Assembly: GCA_905178155.1 (NCBI GenBank)
Contig: CAJINV010000004.1
Coordinates: forward strand, 8,956,411-9,020,410
Direction of reading: 5' to 3'
Source of the DNA: Amoebophrya sp. A120
Lineage: Eukaryota > Protista > Dinoflagellata
Length of the DNA stretch: 64,000 nucleotides
Shown here: positions 1-11,424 of the stretch, piece by piece
How positions within the stretch are numbered: the stretch's first letter is position 1
Layout of the letters: every line of letters starts with the position of its first letter
Notes under the pieces: model-generated
Told to the model about the DNA's origin: nothing
The model's database searches: none
Seen by the model: the letters and a program-made list of their open reading frames with translations, nothing else
Translations under genes and position numbers: made by a program

Positions 1-382
1 AATTCGGGTGGAGAGGTTGCTTGATTTAAACGACTCGGAGACGAAGGAGGAGTGCCAAAAGTTGAAAATCGACATTCTGAAAAGTGACCGAAAGGAGGCT
101 TTGATTGTGAAGTTGCTGAAGAAGGATTCTTCTAAAAGCGACAAGGCAACTGCCGTGAAATGCCTTTTGCAAAACGCCGCCGAGTCGGCGCAGGAACTGC
201 AGAGCTTGTGGGAACAGATGGGGGAGCTGGAACTGGAGAATAAGAACGAGACTTCAACTTCTTCTAGCGACATCAAGGAAAAACACCAAAGACGGTCGGA
301 TCTGGATCGGGACATTGTCTTTCAGATGCAAAGGCACAGGGACGCGAAAACGGTAGCGGACATGCTGCGGGATTTGTCATAA
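1..382 (+). CDS. 3' end of tandem-family gene (SAP/HeH-like terminal exon)
   Basis: SETKEECQKLKIDILKSDRKEALIVKLLKK resembles the terminal exons of the other paralogs; stop at 380-382. Confidence 0.65.
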   Translation, partial: IRVERLLDLNDSETKEECQKLKIDILKSDRKEALIVKLLKKDSSKSDKATAVKCLLQNAAESAQELQSLWEQMGELELENKNETSTSSSDIKEKHQRRSDLDRDIVFQMQRHRDAKTVADMLRDLS

Positions 383-1056
383 GAGATGCGGAAGTAGCGG
401 AAGAATGTTAACACGAGGTTCGACATGACACAAGAAGAGAAAAGAAAGCTCTCGGGGGCATCCAAGATGACGACAAGGAACTTACAGATAAAGGGAATGT
501 CCGCTCTCACGGGAATAAAGTTAATTGTGAAAAACTTGTGTAAAAACGCGCGCTAGTATGCTCTGGTTTTGTAATAGTAAGTACTTACTTACTTTTCCAG
601 CGACGGATGCGGCTTTTGTGCGAGTTCCCATGCGCACAAAAAGGATGCAGCTCTGATGCGGGCCACAGGGTAAAAATTGTTCGCTGTCGGAGGAGGTGTT
701 CTTGGTAAATTCTAGAGAAACATACGACGTTTGTCTACAACATCTACTAGGAAGTGTAAGTGTTGACCCGAACAATGGTATCAAGTATATGGAGGAACGA
801 GTTTACTCGAAAAGATATAGACGAAAGTGTTATGCTTTGCGAATCGCAAAAGTCGTATAGTTTTCTGTCTGTGTCTGTGCAGGCATCGTACAATTTTCGT
901 CTGCGTTGTACAGCAGAATTTCGCCTTTCTCTTTCCAGTCGTGTACAAGATTTTTTTGTGTGGCAATTATACGCTTCGTCCAAAAAACATCATCAACGAG
1001 CTTCAATCCGACGCCACAGAGCTGCAACATCTTCGAGCCCAAAGCCGTCCAAAATT

Positions 1057-3384
1057 ATGGCCACCACAAACGTACAAGGCCCCCCCAAAGGTGCCCCCGC
1101 TGGTGCCCCCAGTGAACAATCTACGACCACCTCTGTCGAGCTCTTCGTGAGGGTTTGTGAAAAAAAAGAGGTCCAAGACTGGTACTACCCCGACGACGAA
1201 CGGTCCGCCGAGTGGAACGAGGAGCACGAAAAGATCGAGAAACAGATCAAAAAGCAGTTCGAAAGGCTCGGGTGCGAGATCACACAGTACAAACGGGAGT
1301 TGAATCACGCCGGGAATGAGTTCGCGACCGTGTCCTTCGAAAAAGAGGAAGACCAGGAATTTTTCCTCATGGCCTGCAAGCGCGAGCATTTTCGGAGCAA
1401 ACTCTCGCCCAACCCGTATCCTGTGCAAAATAAGTATCGTACTCATATAAATGCAAGTCTTGCATTACAAATCTTGTTCTCAAGGCAAATCCGCATTACA
1501 AATTTCATTTCTCATGCTGAGAAAATTTGTAATGCATTTATACGAGTACGATAACGATACTCATACTTTTGCAATGCATAACCCGGACTACACGTCGATC
1601 TGCGTTTTCGGAAAACACCACCACATCACCGAGGCGGTGCGGACCTTGCGGGTGGCGAAGGAGAAAGCGATGTCTGCGGTTTGGTTTCTCCAGGAAGAAA
1701 CGACCCTTCATAACCAACCGTCCGACGCTGTCATTGTGGAGGAGGAAAGGGGGGACGCGGAATACCGGCAGCGGGTCTTGCGCGCGGCCATAGATCACGC
1801 GAGGAAAAAGGTGGACGAGGCTGTTGAGAACAACGGGAAGGACTTTATTCCGCAACCGGTGGCGGACCACCTCGCAAAGGAGATTAAGGTTGCGCAAGCG
1901 ACTTACCAACAGAATCGGTTGTTGATTATCGATCTGGAAAAAGTAGTAGCTCCGGCAGAGGTGGAGGAAAAAGCCGAGGGAGGAGCGGCTCCAGGTACTG
2001 TATTTGCATTATGCTTTTTACTCATCAAGCCATTTTTATTTTTTGTCATGCTGAACCTGAAGATAAAAAAATAATTCTAGTGCTCCACCTTTCGATGTAT
2101 AGAAGTACGCGACGCACCGTGAGGACTAGTCGTCGACATTGGAAATAACTGAACTTGACAGGTGCCACCGAAGAATCAGATGAGGTTGGGCCGGGACGAG
2201 CAACAGCCGCGGCAGTCGAGTCTCCACAGCAGCTTGCACCGGGAAAGAGCGCGGATCTACTTAGCACTCCTGACGAGCAGCCAGCTCTGGTTGGCCCGAC
2301 CCAGGACGAGGCGCACAGCCGTGCAAATGATCCGGGAGACTGGGGAAGAAGTTGCTTTGCTGCTAGAGAAGAAGTACGGGACTGTATTTCATCCGAAGCT
2401 GTGGAGGTTTTTTCCAAGTCCAAAACGACCCGCCGAGAAGATGAAGAGAAACGGGAAGTAGAGCAGCAGCACCAGGAAGTTGTAAAGCGATCGACAAGAA
2501 AGCGACGACGGAGCGGCCTACTTTGTGGTCCGCCCGATGCACCAGAGGATGATCTTCACCCGGCGGCGAAACGGACTCAGCACGAGCGTATTTGTTCACG
2601 GGAGGATGGGACGAGGAGTGGAAGGCGAAGTGGTGCGCCACGATCAGGTACTACTCAGTAATTTCCTAGCTGTTTTAGTTAGACAGGCGAGTGAGACACC
2701 AGCAGTACTTAAGCATGAGATCATCATCTTTCATGCATGGTAAAAATTGCGGAAGCAACTGAGTTGAGTAGAATCTACTGCTTTCCTCTGACTGAAGTTG
2801 AAGACAATCAAAAGTTTACCACACCAGAAGATGAACCATTCGCAGAAGCAGTGAGGACGACAGACGGCGCGACCGAAAAACTAGAAACGGCGACAAGCAG
2901 CTCGGCGTCCCTCTCCCTTGAGTCCCAAATCGATGAGATCCTTGATCTGGAGGCGAGAACCGAGCTGAAAGAACAGCACCACTTGCTCGATGACTGCCGT
3001 GAAAGCCGGGGCTGCAGCAGGAAAGAACTCACTGCGAAAGCCGTCGGGCTGAAGCTCTTCCGAAAGTTTCATTCGCACGACGGCGGGAATAAAATCCAGA
3101 ACGTCCGGCTTTATCTGTGCAAGAAGGCCAGTCTCGCGTGGGCTCGCGCGAACAGGATATGCGAGCTGTTGGGGAGACATTATGGGGAAGATGTAGATGA
3201 TGAAGAAGAAGTAGACGAACGTAACAGGAGGAGCTGTAGTAAGGGTTATTTTGAAGAGCAAGAGAGAGAGTACAAAGAAGTGAAGCTGATGGCAGATTTG
3301 GTTCGAGAAGTTTACACACAGCTTCTGGACGTGGAGCGCACTTCTTGGAAAGAAGGGTCAACATCAGCAGCTACCAGATACTAG
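1057..3384 (+). CDS. Tandem-family protein: RRM-like, helical, low-complexity and SAP-like C-terminal modules
   Basis: ATG 1057; introner 1417-1580; GT-AG introns 1995-2161 and probably 2648-2827; frames join as KLSPNP|DYTSICVF and AAP|GATEE. Confidence 0.7.
1417..1580. mobile_element. Introner family B
   Basis: TIR TATCCTGTGCAAAA.AGTATCGTACTC; TSD ACCCG/ACCCG; frame restored. Confidence 0.9.
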
Positions 3385-4680
3385 CTTTGAGTGAGTGGAA
3401 AACTACAGGCTGCACTTGCAGCTCCGTACAACAACTGCCGAAGACTTATACACTTTCTTGTGTCTTCTATACAACTTATTGTCTTCTTGATACCAGAGAA
3501 GCATCGTCCGTTAAGAAAATAGAAGCAGCATCAACTGCGCTGTGAGGTAATTAGGATGGGAATAAACCTGCTCCGGTGCGTTCTTTTGTGTGCCAACAGT
3601 TTTTTTTTTTTCGTTTCCCGAGAATGAATGAAGGCACTAGGACTCCGCTAAGCTAATGTCAATGCGCTGCAAGAAGGAGAGAACGACGGTGGCAACGAGA
3701 GAAAATGAAAGAAGTTTTGGAACTGCCAATAAATACCATTACTTACTAGAAGTATATCACCGAGCGCCAAGGCCAAGTAGATACGGGTGGGTCGTGTGTC
3801 CTGGTCGGGTTTTCTAGTTCCGATTTCCTTAGTCCGTCCGAGGAGATGCAAACACAAGTAAATCTTCCGAGTGAGTGTGGTATCTTCCTCCGCGACACAG
3901 CAATAGAAAAGTGAGGCAGCATCACTTCTGAGGCCAATGAGATAAATGCAAGTTTGCACCATGTACGCGGGAGCACGAGAAGCCACCTAAACAGGCAGCG
4001 CTGCTGCTCCGTCAATCTTCTCATTAAAGACGAGCCTTAACATGAACAACACAATATTAGAACAGCAGTGTTTTTTCTTTCTGACGGGAACAAGGGAACT
4101 GATAGTAGGAATGCGACTGGCGCGACGTTGTCCCTGTCTAGCTGCCCTTGGTAGTGCCACAAGAATGGTGGTGCGGGTCTTGTGAGTTATGGTTATCGAA
4201 CATACAACCTACTACCAAGCACGAGGCGATGCTTTTCTTACTCTTAGTTGCACCTCCGGCTCAGTCCTCCAGGATCTATCTGCTACTTGCGCATTTATCT
4301 TCAAACGATACTAAAAAGGTGAAAAAGCACAAGCAGTGCTGATGTTGTTCTAGCTCTAGAGCACTGAGACGGTAATTTGCTTTCATTTTTGATGACAAAT
4401 GTAAATCGTATTCCTCAAGTTTTATCTGTCATTCTTTCAGGACGTCAAAATCTCCAAGTCAGGTGCAGCTTCATTAAGAAAATTAATTTTTTCAAGGATT
4501 TTATCAAAGGATTGTATTGCATTACGACATAGTCATAGTACCTAAGTTTCAATGCTGTGTGGGGGTAACAACATGAGCATTTTTTTTGACTGTGTTGTGC
4601 CTACCTCTTGCTTTTTCACATGATAAGTTTTTAAAGTTGTAAACCGTAAGCCAATTTTCATTTCTTCGCAGGGAACAAAA

Positions 4681-7600
4681 ATGTCGGCGCCAGATCCGCC
4701 CTACGGCGCATCGGGTCCTCCCTTGTCCGCCCATCAGCTTCTAGAGCACACTAGTGTGGAAGAGGTGGCTATGCAATACAAATTTCCTGCACATGTACAA
4801 AATGCATCACAGATTTCATCAATTTGGAGTGTAAGAATGCTTGTCATGCTAATTTAAGATCGGGGCCAAGTTTTGTCATGCAGAGACCGCATTGGTTTTG
4901 GTACGTGCCTGTGCGGGAAATCTACTGTGGATAGTGGCAGCTAGGTTGGACGCAGCGATCGGGGAAATCGGGGACATCGTCCGCGAGCAAGCCGTATGGA
5001 TTGCAAATATGTCTGAGTCTGGAAAGAACTTGTGATGTAAGCCAGGCAATATTGGGCCGGCGCACTGTCATACATGGCCAAGCGTGACAAGTTTTTGAGC
5101 TGCTACGTGTACCGCGTATTCCGCATGGCAGACTGCGCTTTTGCATCACACACAAAGCGATCCTTTTGCACCTACACAGGACAGAGTTCCGCGTCATGTC
5201 AGACAAGCATGACAAATCTCGCAGTCTTCCAGACCCAGTAGACATATTTGCATTTTATAAGCCGACTCCTTTCTCGAGTCGTTTCCGTCTCCGTATGCAC
5301 TGCAAGAAAACTTGCGACAGAAGTTCTTGCTGCGCAGAGACAGACAGGCGCGCGGCGATGACATTTTGATTCTTTCCGAGGCCTGTTTAGTCGTCCAGTG
5401 ATCACGCGCCTCCGCCTGTAGAATACGCCTTCGCAGATGCCGCCTCATCCTGATTGCATCAACGCGATTAGATACTTGCAGACCAAACAAGAACGAAGCG
5501 AGCATTTTCATATAAGGGGTGTTTTTGTCATCTGTGTAATAATATTGCAACAAAAATCGCAGGAACAAGTTTTCGCAAAAATGCATACGGGAGACCAGGA
5601 CTACACGACCAACCTGCAACTGCGCGCGGGCGTCAGGTCTATCCGAAGCTTTTGGGAGGACGCGCTCGCGCTGGGTGGGAAAGCCGACGAGTTGCAGGAG
5701 TCGCTGGAAACCATCTGCGCCGCGTCCCGGAAGGGAGAAGCAGCGGCCGTAGTTCCCGAGGTGATTAGTAAATGGCTCAGCGAAACCGCGAGTCCAGTCG
5801 TGGACGACTTGAAGAAATATGAGGCGGAACGGCTCTACGTCTCCCTCATTTGTTTGCCGCACAAGGTCAAGGTGCGTAATCCTGTCGGTGCCCCCGTGGC
5901 GGTATTTGCATGACAGAAGTTGTTACAGCCGAGTCGCAGCAAACCTCGTAGAACCCAGCCGCCTCATAACTTTCATGCAGGATCTCCCTCAAGGTCAAGG
6001 TCAAGGGTGAGGCCCCGTGTCAATCCTGTAGTCTTCGTTGTTGTGGATGTTCTTCGACGTCAGTCTTCAAATGAGGGGGAATTGTCCAGCCGCATAAACG
6101 AAAATACAATAACAAAACTACTCGGCGCAAAAACGTCCCCAACTACGACCCACGCGCAAGATGAGAACTCTGCAAGGCAACTGCATATCTTTTGGGACCC
6201 GCGCATGACAAATTTCCCTTTGTTTTTGTAGCGTAGTGCGCGTTTGGCTTTGGTTGCAGGGATAGCCGCATTACAAAGCCATCCGCTTATCCTGTCATCC
6301 GCATTACAAATTATGCTAAAAAAACCCGACGGCTGAGATTGCCTCTTATGGGGATGCGCATGACTACAAATGCGTCTCCCGTAGATTCTAATCTGCATGG
6401 CAATGCTTGGGGGGGATTTTTTTCCTCAGGATAAGAGCCGAGCCGTTCCTCCTGAGAAGGCTGCACGAGTATGAGCGCGCTGCCGCGAGGCGCTTTGGGG
6501 CCCGGCAATGTCGTCACGGGCCGAAAATTATGCGGGGCAAGTGCAAAAACAAACGCGAGTGCGTCAGGGTCAGTGAGTTTGAAAAAAGTTGCAGTCCGGA
6601 ATGAATAAAGCTGAGAAAGTTGCTTGCCTGCGACGGCTCGACTCAGTCCTTTCCGGGACTTTAAGGTAGCGCACGATAATAGAGACTTGCACTACAAAGA
6701 GTAGTAGTAGCTGAAAACGCAAGATAGTCAATCACATGAAAATAACTCGGCAGGTGTTAATATACGCATGACCAGCACTTACAGCTTAAGAAATTGCGCC
6801 GGTTTTTCCGTTGGCGAACGCCATACCTTCGGCGCCTTTCTGAACCCAGAGACACACAAAGAAAGATTTGCACTCCATAGGAACTCCGGGGGATTGGCAG
6901 TGCTGGCACTGCGGCACATATCGCGACAGGTCGGAGACGCACTGCGGAACCATCGAGCAGCTGCGGCAGGGCCGTGGGTGCAAGAATATCTGACAGCAAA
7001 GTCCGCCCATAAACAGTAGAAAAACGCTGCTTGCGTGGCGCAAACGCTTGCCGTGTTGTTTGCATGGCGCAGGCAAGTAGCTTTTTGATGGCCGGCAAAG
7101 CCAGACCATGAGTGAGGCGAAAGCCTGCCGCGCAAAGTTGAGACGTCTGTGACGAAGCAAAGGAACCAGACACCAAAAGAGTTCCTGGCGTTCTTGAATA
7201 GAAGATAAAAGCCCCAGTATTGTCGCTTACAGGGCTGCGCCACAATCACAAGCGTTTCTAGTTCTCTATGGGCGCGCTTTCCTGCAGGATAGAGAAGCCG
7301 AGATACTTTGAGCCGCCGTTCTATGGATGTGTCAGGTTTGAAATCAACAAAGTTGAAATGATTTCTCATGCATAAAATGCGACACAAAGACTGACTCTAT
7401 TGCAGAGGACGCAAAGGAAGCAGATTATAGTGCTGGCAAGGGTCATAAATTGGGTTGCTGGCTAGCATCACATGGGGGAGCCCTCTTGCCCTAAACAGCA
7501 TGACAGACTTGCCTCAGAGGCCAGGAAAATTTGCCATGCGCCGATTGCAAAGTGGGGGTCCAAGTGGTATAGATTTTATGCATGACAAACTATTTCAACT

Positions 7601-10600
7601 TTGACGATTTCAAACCTGACACCCCCATACGTTCGTCCTGAATTCCCGGACCGCCATGATCGCACTATCATATGCAAAAGCGTGCGCGCGGCCCCATATA
7701 TATTCAAGCTATGGGATCAGCATAGACAAGTCGAGGAGCGCTTTCGCGGTTCGAGGATGACAAGTGTGGGCGCGCACTGTAATCATGCCCAGCTAGGCCA
7801 ACTGCGTCACAAAGAACTTTCTCTATTGATCAGCGCATGACCACCCAGAAATTCATCCGTACTGCGACCCTGACCCAATTTGCCTGCCTTGCGGTGCCGC
7901 ATGAGAAGAAAGTGATTGGGGAACACTGCAAATACGTGCGACCACAAGAAAAATCTGGGGCCGCGGATTACCACGCTTATTTTGCACTGGATACGCGCAC
8001 CACTTTGCCGAGGACGTTCCGGCGCCGGATCTGGAGTATTACGCCCCACCACCACGACCGCCGCTCTCCGCGTCCACACCTACCACAGCAACCACTGTGA
8101 GCACGGCGACGAACGGGCTACCGCCACCAGTATCCTGGGGGAAAGCGTTTCCGCCCAAGAGTCAAAGCGGGAACTACGCTAGACAAGCCGCCGCGTTTTG
8201 GCTGTTGCGTGTGACAAGTTTGGAGCCGTTGCGAAATCGTCTTTGGGTAGCGTAGCAGCATGACAAATTTAGAGGAGCCCTATCTTGATTAGAGCATGGC
8301 AAACTCCTACACAGCATGATTGGTGAATGCTCCGCATGGGGATGCCCTTGAGAAAAATTTGGTGCTTGCAAATTTGCAGAGCGAGGCCGTGGTGGAGATG
8401 TTTTTCCTCAGGATAGCCAGGGTTCGTCCGCGGCCGGGAGCAGGACATGTTGGCCCTCGTTCCTCCTTCGCGCCAACTTCTAAACGCGGCCACAAATGAT
8501 CTATCGCACGAAGAAACTGCTTCACCGTAAAATTGTGACGCATAGAAAAATGGAACGCAGAAACAGGAGTATTCATTTCTATATATGTCTCTTGCTATAG
8601 AGTGAGGCAAGACATTGGATACCTAGCCTTGCTGCTTATTTCCCTTCCTAGGATAGTACGCGCATGTCAAGTTTTCTTTACGTGTAACGAACTAGCGATG
8701 CAGAATTTGTAAAATCACTCGAGTAAACGCGAAGCAGCTTTTTCTCAGGATATACTCCATCTTCGCAGAAACTTCTTCCCCGCGGGGGCAGTACCAGCCT
8801 GCACGTGGGCCTTGCGTCAACTAGCGCGGCACCGAAAGCCTCCGCGGCTTGTACTGCCACACCTCGACGTGCTACCACGCCAGCGGTTGCGGTTGCAAAG
8901 GTCTTGCGGTGGCCCGAGTATAATCCTGGTGCGATTATGGAAGGCTCTAGCACTGCTGCAAAAAGCGAGGGGCGAAAAGGTATACGTTGATAAGTATGTC
9001 TTTCTCAGTGCTGAGCAAGCTACGTATGTCGATGAGGACACCGATCATAACAGCGTGGTTTGATGTGTGTAAGTAGAAATTAATATTTCTTCAGTTAATT
9101 TTTCATGTAAGTCCAATGAATGTACTACATGCAGGCTCCGAAACGTGTTTCACCAGTGCGGGGGCTGCTGCCAGAGGACAAGACAAAGACTTCTTCAACT
9201 CGTTTCACGGAACCTATGGCGTTCTCAAATGTTACATTGTTCTCAATTGTTACATAAATTTGTAATGCAAGAACGGCGAAAGTGAAAGGGACAAGATTGC
9301 GCCTTTTGCATTACAGATTTGGCACAGATTTACATGCTGTTTAGCCCTTCGGATATTTGTCATGCGAAGCAGCTTAATCGTGGCGATCTTGGTGGTAAAT
9401 TTGCATGACAAATCATGTAACAGGTGGTAAATTTGCATGACAAATCGTAGCAGCTTGGCCACATTTGTCATGCAGTTTTTCGTTTTGGTCATACTCTCTG
9501 GTTTTTTCCTCTCGTGGCAATTTGTACCTGGTGTCCCTGTTTGTCATGCAAATCCTACCATCTACGCTGTTTCTGGCCTCTTGCATGTTGGTCCTTGGAC
9601 GTTGGTGCCACGATCGCAACTCCTTTTCCAGGACCTTAGTTTCCCGCCTGCTACAACCTCGTGCTTCCACTTTTTTGGATGGTGTTTTACTGGGGGTAGA
9701 ACTGTGTCATAGTTCCTGCTTCAAACCCTTTTACTTTTTAATTTGGTTCCCTCGGTGCTGAGACAGGGAGTTTGCACAGAGTTATTTCTACCTAGATAAC
9801 AACCAACTCACGTCGCAGCCGTCCCAGGAGTTTCGGTTGTTGTCTCTCGGTAGAAATCACGCTGTTCAAAAAATTTCTGTTTTGGAGTTTACCGGGTACG
9901 CGGTTAAGAGTTTGTCGACGTAATTTACAAAGGGACGCCCTGCCCTTAGTTTCCCAACATGACAAATCATGTAACAGCTGAGAATGTAACAGTTGAGAAC
10001 GCCATAGAACCCTGGAGGCGGGCGGGGAGCAGAGACACCGGATTTTTGGCTTGGCGCGGCACATAGAGACGCCCGTTTTCGTGAGTTGCGACAGCGAACA
10101 CAGTATGTTATACGGGTTCAACAATAATTTTTGTGCGGAGGACGAGCAGGACCTTAACATCAGCAAAAACACCAGTACAACTACCAGCCTCCTGCCCGAG
10201 CGCGAGACCGAGGTGAAAAGGATGCAACACTTCTCCGCAATACAGAGGGCGGAAGACGCCGAGACGAACTGCCAGCCGAAAATAACCCGCAATCAGGACC
10301 ATCAAAACGCGAAGCTGCAGAACAAGTACCTGAGTCATTTTGTCACGAAGGAGACGTGTGAGTTTTTCCACGCCATTCCCTTTGAGCAGGCGAAAGAAAG
10401 GCTCCGTTCCATTTTGACCGAGGTCAAAACGACTATCGCGACTGCGGAACAGCTTGCGAAAGCGGCCACACAATCGCGGCTGGATCTTGCGCAGGCGGGC
10501 CCGGACATCAAAATTGCGGCGCTACAAACGTCAAAGGCGGTGATGAAAAAACAGTTGGACGGCATGCAGTGGCTGGCGCCGAAGCTGGGTGTAGTCCTAA

Positions 10601-11325
10601 AAGCGGCGGGCAAAGCGCTGGACTTTCTCACCTTCATTGTCGACGCGGAAACAGGCACTGGGAGTAGTACAACAAGCACAGGAGGAGGAGTTGTTGCAGC
10701 TGCACCCACGAAAAATTTGCTATCGCAGCAGAGCTGCAAGAACCATCAGCAATTGCAGGTGCACACGACGTCGATCAAGGTCGCGAGTAGAGCTTGGCTC
10801 AGGGGAACCGCGCGGCCGCAACTGCAGGAGCTGGCAGCGGCGTGGGAGATGAAAGTGAAAGACCAGGTCGAAGGTATCCTGAGTAAAAACGTCCCCAGAC
10901 CAGAGTTGTAATGCAGATTTGCAAAGATAGGAAGACTTGTAATGCGCATCCCCATGAGAGCCATTGATTTCCAATCGTGTTTTGGAATTTGTGATGCTGT
11001 GAACAGGATGCGCAGATGAATCTGTGACGCAACTGCACTTGCTAACCTGCACTACACTGCGGAGTGCAACTTGTCATGCGTGACTCACAAAACTCCTAGG
11101 TTTGTGCTGCGAAATCCCCATCCTGACTCTGGTGTGGGGACGTTTTTACTCAGGATAGAAGGAGAAGAATCTGCGCTGCGAGAGCTGCTCCGAGACGAGC
11201 AGGAGCTGGTGGACCGGCCCGCCCAGGGGAATAAATCAGCGTGGTCGTTATGGGATTTGGGAAAACTTCAAGTTGCGATTGTGTATATCAAGCACGGACG
11301 AGAACGAGCAGGAGCACGACTTTGA
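4681..11325 (+). CDS. Tandem-family protein with RanBP2-type zinc finger (model unresolved at about 5820-6435; could be two genes)
   Basis: Continuous frame 4681-5817 and 6439-11325 after removing introners and GT-AG intron 8980-9134; GDWQCWHCGTYRDRSETHC...GCKKPR at about 6889-6986 plus 7297. Confidence 0.55.
4770..4933. mobile_element. Introner family K
   Basis: TATGCAATACAAATTTCCTGCAC...GTGCGGGAAATCTACTGTGGATA; TSD GTGGC. Confidence 0.85.
4995..5259. mobile_element. Introner family A
   Basis: TIR TAT..TGCAAATATGTCTG.GTCTGGAA; TSD AGCCG. Confidence 0.9.
5294..5587. mobile_element. Degenerate introner
   Basis: TATGCA...GAAAACTTG / CAAGTTTTC...TGCATA; TSD diverged, but element + 5 nt restores frame. 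Confidence 0.6.
6529..6879. mobile_element. Degenerate introner (A-like)
   Basis: TATG...GTGCAAA / TTTGCACTCCATA; removal + 5 nt gives GPKI|PGDWQC. Confidence 0.5.
6987..7291. mobile_element. Introner family M
   Basis: TATCTGACAGCAAAGTCCGCCCATA / TATGGGCGCGCTTTCCTGCAGGATA; TSD AAGAA/GAGAA. Confidence 0.85.
7322..7629. mobile_element. Introner family H
   Basis: TIR TATGG..GTGTCAGGTTTGAAATC..CAAAGTTGAAAT; TSD CGTTC. Confidence 0.92.
7666..7993. mobile_element. Introner family L
   Basis: TATC..TGCAAAAGCGTG..CGCGGCCCCA imperfect TIR; TSD CGCAC/CGCGC. Confidence 0.8.
8131..8415. mobile_element. Introner (M-like)
   Basis: TATCCTG.GG.AAA / TTTTTCCTCAGGATA; TSD ACCAG/GCCAG. Confidence 0.8.
8502..8752. 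mobile_element. Introner family I (degenerate)
   Basis: TATCGCACGAAGAAACTGCTTC / GAAGCAGCTTTTTCTCAGGATA; TSD TGATC/TACTC; frame restored. Confidence 0.75.
9215..10006. mobile_element. Introner family D carrying an internal insertion of about 550 bp
   Basis: TIR TATGGCGTTCTCAA.TGTTACATT; TSD GAACC; 792 bp versus about 235-250 bp for other D copies. Confidence 0.9.
10875..11157. mobile_element. Introner family C
   Basis: TIR TATCCTGAGTAAAAACGTCCCCA.ACCAGAGT; TSD GAAGG. Confidence 0.95.
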
Positions 11326-11424
11326 CTAAAGAGACTTGCGTTATAATTTGTTCTAATTCGTATGTTTATGTTTTGATTTTTTGGTACGATCATGCTGTGA
11401 AACTGTGACGCTGTTCCAACGTTA

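Noticed and set aside
5818-6433. Probable further degenerate introner(s) ending at 6433 (G-like right end)
   Set aside because: The left boundary and frame could not be resolved by eye, so it is not annotated.
10875-11157. TA at both ends read as a Tc1/mariner TA target duplication
   Set aside because: A separate variable 5-bp duplication lies outside the TA, and the frame arithmetic requires removing element + 5 nt.
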